From the IMG/VR virus record IMGVR_UViG_3300016667_000666, positions 1 to 64,000 of that record: 64,000 nt of DNA; one strand, 5' to 3'. The stretch comes from a virus. Position 1 is the first letter of the stretch; each line of letters starts with the position of its first letter. Below, one piece after another: positions 31,458 to 40,367 of this stretch. Position numbers and translations under genes: made by a program. Below the pieces are notes generated by a model, which was given only the letters and a program-made list of their open reading frames with translations, was not told where the DNA came from and did not search any database.

Positions 31458-32111
31458 CTACCCCCTCTCTGCGTTGCGCACGAGCACAAGTAGTTTATCG
31501 TTATTCCAAGTGCCTGAGTCTCTATTGCTATGCTCAGCTTCAATAAACGTCGCTGAATGATAGTACTTAAGATACGGGGCCAACGCTTGTTCGTAATCAG
31601 ACTCCGCCCGCGATTTAAAAATATCCTCAATGATAAAATAACCGCCGGGATTTAGCACCGAGTGAACGTACTGCAGTACGCGTACCTGATCTTCAAATCG
31701 ATGGGTTGAGTCCTCGACAATAATATCAAACATACAGCTTGGAGCGAGCAGTGCCTTGGCTACAGAACCGTCTTGCGTAACATCAATATAAAAATACTCG
31801 GTGTTCTCTAGGCCGTCATTATGTGCTTTTTGTAGCTTTTCCGCATAGTATTCCCACCCTACAAGCCGTGCATACGGAAAATACTCGCGCCAACACATCA
31901 TAGAGTGGTTATGCTCGATACCAATCTCCCCTACAGTTAAAGACAAGTGACGCCGTGGCGAAAGCAGCATGTCATAAACTGCGGTGTACGCGTGCCGATG
32001 GCCGCTAGCAGATCCCGTGTTATAAGGCGACTTATCTGTCGGATATTTTACCCCAAGATCGCACAAGGGTGTTCGACTAAACGATGAGTCGATAATTAGT
32101 TTGTTAATCAT
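31458..32111 (-). CDS. SAM-dependent methyltransferase-like protein (217 aa)
   Basis: FDIIVEDSTHRFEDQV and LNPGGYFIIEDI resemble the post-I/II motifs of class I (CmcI/TylF-like) sugar methyltransferases. Confidence 0.5.
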   Translation of the reverse strand: MINKLIIDSSFSRTPLCDLGVKYPTDKSPYNTGSASGHRHAYTAVYDMLLSPRRHLSLTVGEIGIEHNHSMMCWREYFPYARLVGWEYYAEKLQKAHNDGLENTEYFYIDVTQDGSVAKALLAPSCMFDIIVEDSTHRFEDQVRVLQYVHSVLNPGGYFIIEDIFKSRAESDYEQALAPYLKYYHSATFIEAEHSNRDSGTWNNDKLLVLVRNAERG

Positions 32112-32129
32112 AATTTCTCCTTTTGTTGT

Positions 32130-32206
32130 TGGTGCCGATGATAGGATTCGAACCTATGACCTACCGCTTAGAAGGCGGTTGCTGCTTTCCACTGAGCTAC
32201 ATCGGC
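32130..32206 (-). tRNA. tRNA-Arg (anticodon UCU), CCA encoded
   Basis: Reverse complement: acceptor GCCGATG/CATCGGC. Anticodon stem ACCGC/GCGGT with loop CTTCTAA. T arm ATAGG-TTCGAAT-CCTAT. Ends ACCA. Confidence 0.9.
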
Positions 32207-32215
32207 AGGTAAAGC

Positions 32216-32248
32216 GGAGAGGAGGTGGTTTTATCCACCCCCTCCCTC
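32216..32248 (-). promoter_or_regulatory. G/C-rich imperfect hairpin between gene 32257 and tRNA-Arg
   Basis: On the - strand GAGGGAGGGGGTGG-ATAAAA-CCACCTCCTCTCC. A possible terminator or tRNA-processing boundary. Confidence 0.35.
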
Positions 32249-32256
32249 GTAATGAG

Positions 32257-32526
32257 CTAGAGCTCGTCTGTGGTCTCTTCCCCTGAGGCATCCTGCATCT
32301 TGCGCATGGCTACTACTTCTTCGATCTCTTCAAGCGGAGTGTAGTCCATAACCATCGATACAATACCGGCGGCACAGTTTGCGCACAAGCTAAGCGGAAT
32401 AATGCCGATCCAGCCAAGGATGCCCCACTCATCCTCATCGTGTGCAGTACTGCAGACATTGCAGGGATTCCCGTACGGGTGCATTGGATCCTGAGAGGGA
32501 TCCATGGGAGTGATTGGTTCTGTCAT
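32257..32526 (-). CDS. Hypothetical protein (89 aa) with CxxC...CxxC and a hydrophobic core segment
   Basis: CNVC...CANC motifs. Good ORF spacing. Confidence 0.55.
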   Translation of the reverse strand: MTEPITPMDPSQDPMHPYGNPCNVCSTAHDEDEWGILGWIGIIPLSLCANCAAGIVSMVMDYTPLEEIEEVVAMRKMQDASGEETTDEL

Positions 32527-32536
32527 AGTAGTCTCC

Positions 32537-32866
32537 TTACTTACCCCACTTTCCGCGGCGGTAAACTAACATAATAATTGCATAACTGGCCAAGTCCAAC
32601 AACGTATCATCAATAGACTCGTTCTTTGGGATCTGGCCGGGGTTGATTTGTCCTGTTTGTACGTTAAAGCCCATCAGGTTTAGCAAGCGGGCGATCTTGT
32701 CCCACAAGCGCACGGTAATTCCGACCTCGCCCATACCAGCGATCGCCATTGGGCCATAGTCGGCTGCCTTAGCAGCAAACAGCTTGACCAACTGACGAGT
32801 GATCGCTTCAAACTCCGCGTGTTGTTCTGGATATTGTTGGTATCCAGTTGCTTTCTGTAGTTCCAT
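32537..32866 (-). CDS. All-alpha DUF1599/MazG-like nucleotide-metabolism protein (109 aa)
   Basis: AADYGPMAI..GEVGITVRLWDKIARLLNL resembles DUF1599 proteins, which are often adjacent to thyX in phages. Assignment from memory. Confidence 0.45.
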   Translation of the reverse strand: MELQKATGYQQYPEQHAEFEAITRQLVKLFAAKAADYGPMAIAGMGEVGITVRLWDKIARLLNLMGFNVQTGQINPGQIPKNESIDDTLLDLASYAIIMLVYRRGKWGK

Positions 32867-33523
32867 TTAGTCCTCCATAATCTGGGTAATGATCGGAAAG
32901 TACGGGCGCAACGCCTCAAATGCAGCCTTCGCGACCAGCTTATGCTCTTTCTGTGTACCGTTGCCCGTACGTAGCTGGCAGTAATGAATCCAGTTACGTA
33001 CAGTTCCCTTCATGTATACACGAGAGCGGATCAGTCCCTCCGGAAGTAGTTTGCGGGCCACTTCTTTCGCAATTCCCTGCTGAAGTGCCTGCTCGTAGCT
33101 GTCGGTCACCAACGCCACCACCCGCTCTTGAGTTTCCGTCCACGCTTGCTGAAGCTGCAGATTGTCCACCTCAATGCTATTCTGCCGATTTTTGGTGTCC
33201 TGAAGCCGTGCTTCTGACAGCTCAAATCCAAGCTTTAGCGCGTTTGCGTAGCGAAAGCTGAACTCCTGAAAGAAAAACGAGCGATGCCGGATCATCTGAC
33301 GAGTAACGTCTCGAGTTGTATTGATCTCCATAATCACGTCGACCATGTCAAACGGTGACCAGTGCTTTTCCCGCAACAAGTGACGCAACAAACGCTCCGA
33401 GGTATCAAGGTTTTTTTGGTTCTCTGGATTAGAGATGCGGCCCAAGTACACAATAAACTCTTCGGGACTCAGGCCGATCCCAATGTTTTCCGGACGAGTA
33501 ATGCCCACTACCTTCGCGCTCAT
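32867..33523 (-). CDS. thyX: FAD-dependent thymidylate synthase
   Basis: ThyX signature RHRSFFFQEFSFRY (RHRxxSxxxxSxRY). Confidence 0.9.
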   Translation of the reverse strand: MSAKVVGITRPENIGIGLSPEEFIVYLGRISNPENQKNLDTSERLLRHLLREKHWSPFDMVDVIMEINTTRDVTRQMIRHRSFFFQEFSFRYANALKLGFELSEARLQDTKNRQNSIEVDNLQLQQAWTETQERVVALVTDSYEQALQQGIAKEVARKLLPEGLIRSRVYMKGTVRNWIHYCQLRTGNGTQKEHKLVAKAAFEALRPYFPIITQIMED

Positions 33524-33530
33524 AAGCCTC

Positions 33531-33728
33531 CTAAAAAAATAATGCCGGGTCGTAATCGTAAAAGTCTGCGAGTTTCAGTACCTCGGCTACTGAAGCCGTC
33601 GCGCCGTCGCGTAACTGAAGTAAGCGTTCCTCTGAGATCTCCGTATACTCAGATACTTCTGCCAACGTAGGGGAGTTAGCCGCAGCCAACTCCCTACGCA
33701 GCGCTAACGCAAGTGCGTTAGCTTTCAT
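33531..33728 (-). CDS. Small XRE-like HTH protein (65 aa)
   Basis: PTLAEVSEYTEISEERLLQLRDG fits a helix-turn-helix. Confidence 0.5.
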   Translation of the reverse strand: MKANALALALRRELAAANSPTLAEVSEYTEISEERLLQLRDGATASVAEVLKLADFYDYDPALFF

Positions 33729-33927
33729 CGCTTACCTGACCGTAGTGATTCTGCATGAGTATTTTGAAAATCTCGTGCTGTGATGGCCGCTCACGCAATG
33801 GCGGGGTTACCTCTTGGTAGCTCGGATGAGTGGCGTCGGAGCACGCACAATCAATTCGCATCATACCACAACCCTCACAGTCACACATACACGTTCCATA
33901 AGCACAGTTGTCGCACAAGTTCATCAC
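33718..33927 (-). CDS. Cys-rich mini-protein (69 aa, 9 Cys in the first 30 residues)
   Basis: MMNLCDNCAYGTCMCDCEGCGMMRIDCAC. Confidence 0.55.
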   Translation of the reverse strand: MMNLCDNCAYGTCMCDCEGCGMMRIDCACSDATHPSYQEVTPPLRERPSQHEIFKILMQNHYGQVSDES

Positions 33928-34934
33928 TTGCCTCCTCGCAGATACGTCAGGTAGTCAGCTGCTACCTTCAAGTCTGAATTATACCATACTTTACCGTCTG
34001 GGAAAAAGATAATTGCCCCACATCCATTAGATTGAGTCTCCGCAAATCCCACTTCTTTTGAAAAGGGATCAATCCGCTTGTACGCTCCAGTAAGCACCGC
34101 GAGGCGTTCTTTGTTGTGGCGGTAAAACGGACGCATTAGTGTACCAATGTGCGTGTGGCCACCCACACCAATGTCAAACGAGTCAGTCATGCGATCATAC
34201 CCAACTTCAATGCCGTGTGTTGGGTTGAAGATGCTCGACCATTTCCATTGATGTCGCACAAGTACGTCCCACGCCGCGGTGCCGCACGTCAGCCTTATTC
34301 GTGCTTCGTAGGGATCATACAGTACATGGGTCTCGCCCAGCAGCGTAGGAATCAAATCGAGGCCAGCCATCTTCTTTGTCCAGTTGTCGTGGTTTCCGGA
34401 AACGACTAGTAGCAACTTTTGTCGAATTGTTTCTAGCCAGTGGCGGAACATAATTACTTCTTGCGTGTGATTTACCGCTTGCCCACGCTGGATTGCCTGT
34501 AGCTTTCCAACAACCCAGTTGTCAATTCCATCTCCGTGGAAAGCGGCATACATACCCGGAGTGTTTGCAATCGTCTGCGTATCCGCCCAAATCGCCGCAT
34601 AGTCAGTACCAGCACTGCCTAAGTGCAAATCAGACAGCCACGCGATCGCCGTAGGTTTATCACCTAAATGAATCGACTGATGCCGCTTCTCGTGATGCAC
34701 CCGGCGTACTTCGTCGTGCATACGAGCGGCAGCGGCCCAAAGGCTATTGGCGTAGTCTGCTGAGTACATCGACACTTCAGCTCCTCGGATTACAGGGCTT
34801 TCGCTTTTCAACTCCGCCAGTGCTGCTTCTGCTTCTTCTTTTGTGGCAAATCGCCCTTTATGCAAATACTTTTTCTGCTCTGCGTCCCACACGCGAATGC
34901 CGTAACGGCCGTTGCTGTAGTAGACTCCCTTCAC
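33924..34934 (-). CDS. AP2-like DNA-binding domain fused to a calcineurin-like metallophosphoesterase (336 aa)
   Basis: SD GGAGG lies 6 nt before GTG 34934 (GTGA overlap with the upstream stop). GVYYSNGRYGIRVWD...KGRFATKEEAEAA is AP2-like. DLHLG, GDGIDN, GNHDNW and GGHTH are phosphoesterase motifs. Confidence 0.7.
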   Translation of the reverse strand: MKGVYYSNGRYGIRVWDAEQKKYLHKGRFATKEEAEAALAELKSESPVIRGAEVSMYSADYANSLWAAAARMHDEVRRVHHEKRHQSIHLGDKPTAIAWLSDLHLGSAGTDYAAIWADTQTIANTPGMYAAFHGDGIDNWVVGKLQAIQRGQAVNHTQEVIMFRHWLETIRQKLLLVVSGNHDNWTKKMAGLDLIPTLLGETHVLYDPYEARIRLTCGTAAWDVLVRHQWKWSSIFNPTHGIEVGYDRMTDSFDIGVGGHTHIGTLMRPFYRHNKERLAVLTGAYKRIDPFSKEVGFAETQSNGCGAIIFFPDGKVWYNSDLKVAADYLTYLRGGK

Positions 34935-35164
34935 GCTGCACCTCCAGCGTAGTACATACGCAATGCTAGCAACGTGTCGATCTGTAGGTCTTTCAACGCG
35001 TTCATGACCGCTTGACGAACCGTCTGATCCGTTATCTCCTCTAACTGAGTCGTCCAAAACACTGCGTCAGCGTTCCACGGAGCAACCCCCACAAGAGAGA
35101 CAATGCGCTCTTCAGTGTTAATTTCAATAGCCACGTCTTGATTCTCAATCAAAATACGAGTCAT
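34931..35164 (-). CDS. Hypothetical protein (77 aa)
   Basis: Coupled at both ends (TAATG and GTGA overlaps). Confidence 0.55.
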   Translation of the reverse strand: MTRILIENQDVAIEINTEERIVSLVGVAPWNADAVFWTTQLEEITDQTVRQAVMNALKDLQIDTLLALRMYYAGGAA

Positions 35165-35550
35165 TACCGTTCCTCCTCATTTGGTGTGCGTAACTCTACG
35201 AATGTCTCGTAGTACGCTTTGAAAATTGAGCGTGCTACCGGGTGTAGTTGCGGCGGCACTTTTTGTAGCACGCTGTGGTCGTCTAGTTGTAGTCGCCGCC
35301 CTAATAGCTCAAATGAAAAACGCAGCGAGCTTTTTACCACGTCGTTGTGTACTTGGTGATAGTACGCGATCTCGGGCAGCGAATATCCCTCGCACCATTG
35401 AATTAAAAACTCGAGACCCTTTGGGTGATGATCCATAATGAATCTCGAGTTTTTCTGGATCTCGTCGCGCAGTACAATAGACATGTCTAAATCGACGCGT
35501 CCACTACCAAAGTCGCGTAATATCTCCCGCACCATAAGTCGAATTTCCAT
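35164..35550 (-). CDS. Sigma-factor region-4/LuxR-like HTH protein (about 128 aa; start uncertain)
   Basis: EGYSLPEIAYYHQVHNDVVKSSLRFSFELLGRRL resembles sigma70 region 4.2 (..S..EIA.......TVKSRL.RA...L). No good SD at any candidate start. Confidence 0.35.
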   Translation of the reverse strand: MEIRLMVREILRDFGSGRVDLDMSIVLRDEIQKNSRFIMDHHPKGLEFLIQWCEGYSLPEIAYYHQVHNDVVKSSLRFSFELLGRRLQLDDHSVLQKVPPQLHPVARSIFKAYYETFVELRTPNEEER

Positions 35551-36274
35551 AGGTATCCGGCCAGCACAGTTCCTTGTGTGCGCAAAGACTATCACAAAAG
35601 TAACCGCGTTCAATCTTTGCGTACTCGCGGTCAGAAAGGATTTGTGTCAAGTCCGCCTCCAGTTTTGCTAATTTATCCTCAAAGCCGTCAAGCACCTTCG
35701 CTTCAACAAGCTCGTGAGTCCGTAGATGATGCCAAAATACCTTTTTCGGTAATCGGCCGGTGGTCAAGCGATAGGCCCAGCAGTAGATGAGCAGCTGCGG
35801 ATTGTGGGCCAGTTCAAGTGCAGTAGGTTTTTTAGACCCGCTCTTATGGTCAATGATATACTCTTCTTCAGTGATCATGTCGATAAACCCGCGCATCTGC
35901 ACCATGGGGTTATGTGTAGGAAACGGGAAGCTAAATCCCACTTCGATCATCGAAGGCTTCAGCGTCCACCACTGAATACCCGCGATAATTCCTTGGCCTA
36001 GAGCCGCCGCTTTGCTGACCAACCCAACCCCAACGAGCGCAGAACGATCCATGGCTTCGTTAATACCCTCGTTAAATCGAGTGGAAAAAACCCCTGCCGG
36101 ATTCTTTTCGTGCTTATAGTGCTGCTCGATTGCAGCGTGAAGAGCACTTCCCATAACAGTGTATACGTGCGTGTTGCCCGGCAGCCCGTCAATGTACTGG
36201 TATCGGTACAATCGAGGACAGGTGCGGTACAAATGAAACCGCGATGCACTAAAGTTCGGTAGTTCTGCGGTCAC
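35504..36274 (-). CDS. Cas4/RecB-family PD-(D/E)XK exonuclease with 4-Cys cluster (256 aa)
   Basis: N-terminal Cys in YRTCPRLYRYQY. FIDMI...IIDHKSG is a D...DxK motif. C-terminal CDSLCAHKELC. Confidence 0.7.
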   Translation of the reverse strand: MTAELPNFSASRFHLYRTCPRLYRYQYIDGLPGNTHVYTVMGSALHAAIEQHYKHEKNPAGVFSTRFNEGINEAMDRSALVGVGLVSKAAALGQGIIAGIQWWTLKPSMIEVGFSFPFPTHNPMVQMRGFIDMITEEEYIIDHKSGSKKPTALELAHNPQLLIYCWAYRLTTGRLPKKVFWHHLRTHELVEAKVLDGFEDKLAKLEADLTQILSDREYAKIERGYFCDSLCAHKELCWPDTYGNSTYGAGDITRLW

Positions 36275-36624
36275 TGATTTTCTCCTAGCGGCGCCTCGTA
36301 GCGCAATTTGATTGTGTACGCGGCGGAGGCAAACATCGACTTCTGAAACTCAAGTGCCTTTACGTAGGCTTCGAGTGCCGCAAACTCAGCCTTTAGTTCC
36401 GCAAGATCGTCCAGCAACGCTGCACTGCGCTCGATCTTCTTAGCCCGAGCTCCATTGCTACGTGGCTTGTCTTCTTCTACAGAAATCGTCTCGCTTACGC
36501 GTTCAATTTCTCGTTCTTTCTGGATAATCAGCTGACGTAGCCGCCCATATGCGGCGTACGCTCGCGTGACATCATAGTAGTCAGGTGCGTTCTTTACCCA
36601 TGTGTCCAAATCAGACATGTGCAT
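36271..36624 (-). CDS. Hypothetical coiled-coil protein (117 aa)
   Basis: ORF coupled to its neighbours. Confidence 0.55.
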   Translation of the reverse strand: MHMSDLDTWVKNAPDYYDVTRAYAAYGRLRQLIIQKEREIERVSETISVEEDKPRSNGARAKKIERSAALLDDLAELKAEFAALEAYVKALEFQKSMFASAAYTIKLRYEAPLGENQ

Positions 36625-37546
36625 CTCCCTCTAATACTTTGGTGCGGATTTCCGCAAGATCGAATGTAGTCGCGGCAGAAGACAATCCCTGCGCTTTAAT
36701 GCCGTTGTACTCGTACCACGACCCGGCCTTCTTGATAATACCCGCTTCCAGAGCAAGCGTTAACAGGTCAAGATCGGCTGCCAGTCCTTTACCCTGACGC
36801 ATCTGGTACTCTGTGCGATTACCCGTAACGCCTTGCTTGGACTTGGTGACCGTCGCCTGAATCGTGATCAGGTCGTCTTCTGTCTTTAATCGCACCAGCT
36901 CGATAATCACTCCTGCACTGTAACGCAGACTGTACGGCCCATAAGGCTTTTTCATCGTGCGTGCCATCGGAGAAATGTTAGCTCGGTACTGATTAACAAA
37001 GATGAACAGAGCCTGTGCAGAGTCAACGACACCTACAAGGCGGCGTAACCAACGAGTCAGTAGCCCCGCTGACCCAGCCATCCGCTCGGGGTCGGTGATC
37101 TCTTTCTCAAACTCATCCTTCGTGACCATAGCGGGCACAGAGTCAAACACCACTACTTGCAATCCTCGACGCAGCATATCCTCAATTTGAGGAAGTGCCT
37201 GCTCGACAATCTGCGGTTTGTACACAACCAGCTTTGTCAGGTCAACCCCGATCGCTTCTGCATACGCAGGGTCAAACGTACGCTCAAGGTCAACAAACAA
37301 CGCGTTAATCGGACGACTCGTCTTACCCACAGTCACGTCGATAATCTTGGCCGTCTGCTGAGCTTGAGCAATAAAGTCAAGAGCCAGCGTAGTCTTGCCA
37401 TGGCCGGGGTCTGCTAGTAGCTGTACTAGCAGACCTCCGCGAATACCCCCTCCAAGCGCTTGGTTCAACGACTCTACACTTGACTTGTAGTAGATGTAGT
37501 CCGTTGGAGCATCACCAAACTGCATTCCAGCCGCATCAAACTTCAT
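36611..37546 (-). CDS. RecA-superfamily recombination ATPase (RadA/Sak4/UvsX-like, 311 aa)
   Basis: Walker A ADPGHGKTTLAL, Walker B VVVFDSV. Confidence 0.65.
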   Translation of the reverse strand: MKFDAAGMQFGDAPTDYIYYKSSVESLNQALGGGIRGGLLVQLLADPGHGKTTLALDFIAQAQQTAKIIDVTVGKTSRPINALFVDLERTFDPAYAEAIGVDLTKLVVYKPQIVEQALPQIEDMLRRGLQVVVFDSVPAMVTKDEFEKEITDPERMAGSAGLLTRWLRRLVGVVDSAQALFIFVNQYRANISPMARTMKKPYGPYSLRYSAGVIIELVRLKTEDDLITIQATVTKSKQGVTGNRTEYQMRQGKGLAADLDLLTLALEAGIIKKAGSWYEYNGIKAQGLSSAATTFDLAEIRTKVLEGDAHV

Positions 37547-39462
37547 TTATCGTACCTCATACTAATGGCGGGGTCTACAATTACGCTTGACCCTAAACGC
37601 GGTAATACTTCCCGCGCCGCCTCTTCCATTGCCTGCTTTAGTATAGCACAGGCTTCCGGTGCATACAACTCGGTCGACTCGAGAATAATTTCATCGTGGA
37701 CGGTTGATACAATTACCGAGCGCTTCCGATCAAGACGATCAAACGTCTTCACCAACGCCAGCTTTACCATTGTTGCTGACAGCGCCTGAATGGGAAAGTT
37801 TGCTCCTTCTCGCTCAGCCGCTGCACGAAGCCACGGTTTGTAGAACTGACTGGTGTCCCACCAGCGACGACGGCCATAGCTATCCGCGACAAACCCGTAC
37901 ACGACTACTGAACGAGAGCTCTGCTCAAGCCATGCAGTCGCCTGCGGAAATAGCTTGTGCCACTCAGCAATAATCTGCTCTGCCCGCTGTGGAGCAATCT
38001 TCACTCCAAGCGGCCCAAGTTGGATAGTCATCTGCTTAGCCAAGCTCTCAGGGCCAACGCTGTACGCAATCGAGTAATTAACCATCTTAGCAACGTCTCG
38101 CCAAATCTTGTACGGGTGCGACTTCTTGTTCTCGTTGGTGATGTCTTTTACTCCAAGCACATGGCGAGCCACGTACGTGTGCAGATCCTCTAGGTTAGAA
38201 ATCAATCCGGCATCTTCACTTGCGTCGGCGATGATCACGAGCTCGATTGTGGAGTAGTCGGCGATGATCAACCGGCGATTCTCTCGAGCTACCTGAAACG
38301 CATGACGAATAGAGCTGTTAATGTTCAAGCTCTTCATCTTCTGGTCAGACGGAATGTTCTGCAGATTAGGAGACGATGAGCTGAATCGGCCAGTCGCTGC
38401 TCCAATCTGCTTAAACGTGCAGTGTACCCGCTTCGTTACAGGGTTCTGCATCTGCTGCAGCCCCACAACATAGGTTGAGTACAGTTTCCGAGCACCGACA
38501 AGGTAAGCGTATAGCCGCAGCATTTGATTCTCGTAGCGACCAAACGCATCAACAGAGTCCAGCAGATCAGCGTCAGACACGAGCTCTTCCAAGCGATAGT
38601 CAGCGGCTGATTTGCGGTTCTTAAAATCCCACTCTGTGAGCGTACGAGCACTCAAACTCTCTACGTCAATACCCATGCCGTTCAGCACCCGAAGCATTTG
38701 CTTGGTTGACGACGTGTTGATAATCTGCAACCCATCTTTGCTGGCCAAGACACACTCAGCAAGCCCTGCCTCAAGAACAAGGTGCTGAAGAGTGCGGTCA
38801 GCTCGCTCGATAACATCAAGCAATACGGGCTCAAGATCAGCAAGGTGCTGCTCGTTTAACGGCATACCGTAGTACTCCATCATAGCCACAACCCGCACGA
38901 GCTGCATCTCAAGGGCGTGCACTCGCTCTAGTTGGTGCTCAGCTACCAGCTGAAGGTGCAGCGGATACAAGCGCCGCAAATACTCCACGTCAGCAGCGGC
39001 GTACTGAATTTGCACGTCAGTCAGCTCGGTAAACCCGTTCGTAAACTGATCACGTACTGTCTTGTCGATGTCAATGTCAAACCGTCGCTTTACCGTTGCC
39101 TGCAAGCTCACACGCTCGTTCTTGCCCGCAGTCAGTAAGCTTTCTGTAACCATTGTGTCATGTACACGGTTTACCAAGAACTTCCCAAAGTGCCAAAGCA
39201 CTTTTAAGTCGAACGTGGCGTTGTGTAAAACCTTAATGCTCGGAGCGTCTGCAAACAGGCCCGAAAAAAGGTTTACACTCTCTACCGGCAACACAGTGTA
39301 GTCATACACGTACACTTCTGACTCATCTGCGATCTGCAGCAGCAGCAGTCGCATCGTGTACGGATCAAGTCCCGTGGTCTCTGTGTCGACGTACAGCACC
39401 GAAGCTTGGCCAAGCACAGTTAGTGATTCCTGCAGCGCATCCATCGTTCTAATCAATTTCAT
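37543..39462 (-). CDS. polA: Family A DNA polymerase with 3'-5' exonuclease domain (639 aa)
   Basis: Exo I LYVDTETTGLD, Exo II HNATFDLKVL, Exo III YAAADVEYL. Pol motif A DYSTIELVI, motif B RDVAKMVNYSIAYSVG, motif C TVHDEII. Confidence 0.9.
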   Translation of the reverse strand: MKLIRTMDALQESLTVLGQASVLYVDTETTGLDPYTMRLLLLQIADESEVYVYDYTVLPVESVNLFSGLFADAPSIKVLHNATFDLKVLWHFGKFLVNRVHDTMVTESLLTAGKNERVSLQATVKRRFDIDIDKTVRDQFTNGFTELTDVQIQYAAADVEYLRRLYPLHLQLVAEHQLERVHALEMQLVRVVAMMEYYGMPLNEQHLADLEPVLLDVIERADRTLQHLVLEAGLAECVLASKDGLQIINTSSTKQMLRVLNGMGIDVESLSARTLTEWDFKNRKSAADYRLEELVSDADLLDSVDAFGRYENQMLRLYAYLVGARKLYSTYVVGLQQMQNPVTKRVHCTFKQIGAATGRFSSSSPNLQNIPSDQKMKSLNINSSIRHAFQVARENRRLIIADYSTIELVIIADASEDAGLISNLEDLHTYVARHVLGVKDITNENKKSHPYKIWRDVAKMVNYSIAYSVGPESLAKQMTIQLGPLGVKIAPQRAEQIIAEWHKLFPQATAWLEQSSRSVVVYGFVADSYGRRRWWDTSQFYKPWLRAAAEREGANFPIQALSATMVKLALVKTFDRLDRKRSVIVSTVHDEIILESTELYAPEACAILKQAMEEAAREVLPRLGSSVIVDPAISMRYDK

Positions 39463-39778
39463 AGTGCACCTTCATTGTAATCTTCCGCATATCAGCAAAT
39501 ACTAAAGCAACTCCCTCAGGAACTCCGGCGAGGATGTAGTCCTCGCGTACGACACACACAGGACAATGGTCTTCAAACTCAAATGCCATGACGGGCGGAG
39601 TATACTGCTTTCCGTCATCTTTAGTACGCCGCTCAGGTGTAAATGGGAGAGCAGTCAGGGACTGCGCTCGCACGTCAACTAGCCGAGCAATGAACTGGTG
39701 CTCGCCGAAGATGTCGACGCGCACCAGCTTTCCGATCAGGTTCTCATACGGGGTCTTGTCAATCTTGTGTGCCATCAA
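39449..39778 (-). CDS. Hypothetical protein (109 aa)
   Basis: ORF coupled to its neighbours. Confidence 0.55.
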   Translation of the reverse strand: MMAHKIDKTPYENLIGKLVRVDIFGEHQFIARLVDVRAQSLTALPFTPERRTKDDGKQYTPPVMAFEFEDHCPVCVVREDYILAGVPEGVALVFADMRKITMKVHYEID

Positions 39779-40367
39779 TTATCTCCCTAAACGTAGCTAA
39801 CGTCATGGCATAGTATACCACAAAGTCAATGACTACTACAATAGGCGAGTTCGCGGCCTTAGTTAGCATTTTGCGAGGCATAGGGAACGTCTTCGTTGCC
39901 CGATTCAAAACTATTCGATCAGCAGGTACAATGTTGTCTAAGTTGTACACTTTTGCGAGGTCAACTCCTTTAATCAGCACGTAGTCAGGAGTAAAATTGT
40001 GGTAGTGCACAATCAGCACACCAAAGAGGGCGCGCATTTGCTCTGCTTCCTGCTGTATCTTCTTGAGCCACAACTTACTGATCGTGATGCAAGGCTCCCC
40101 TTGGTGAAACTGCTCAGTAAGTTTGCATTCCACGAGGTACCGCCCGGGGCGAGTAGTAAACGGCACCATGACATCGCCCTTAGACGAGCCCGCACCCGAC
40201 AAAGGGGTGCGGTCTCCACTAAGATACTTAGCAACGCGTCGTTCCATTGCCTTAGCGCGCTGCTTGTTGAGCCGATTGCGTTCGCGCTTCTCTTCCTTTA
40301 ATCGCTCCAGCTGAGCTGCCGAAGTAATCGGCTTACTGACTGGAGGTAAACTTTTGCGTTGGGCCAT
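39759..40367 (-). CDS. PD-(D/E)XK nuclease, Holliday-junction-resolvase-like (202 aa)
   Basis: ERRVAKYLSGDRTPLSGAGSSKGDV...YLVECK (D...ExK) follows a basic N-terminal tail. Confidence 0.5.
   Translation of the reverse strand: MAQRKSLPPVSKPITSAAQLERLKEEKRERNRLNKQRAKAMERRVAKYLSGDRTPLSGAGSSKGDVMVPFTTRPGRYLVECKLTEQFHQGEPCITISKLWLKKIQQEAEQMRALFGVLIVHYHNFTPDYVLIKGVDLAKVYNLDNIVPADRIVLNRATKTFPMPRKMLTKAANSPIVVVIDFVVYYAMTLATFREIIDGTQD

Noticed and set aside
33924-35057. The full 377-aa version of the phosphoesterase ORF
   Set aside because: Its first ~40 codons overlap the 77-aa gene 34931-35164 and have no SD. GTG 34934 has a GGAGG SD and a GTGA stop/start overlap.
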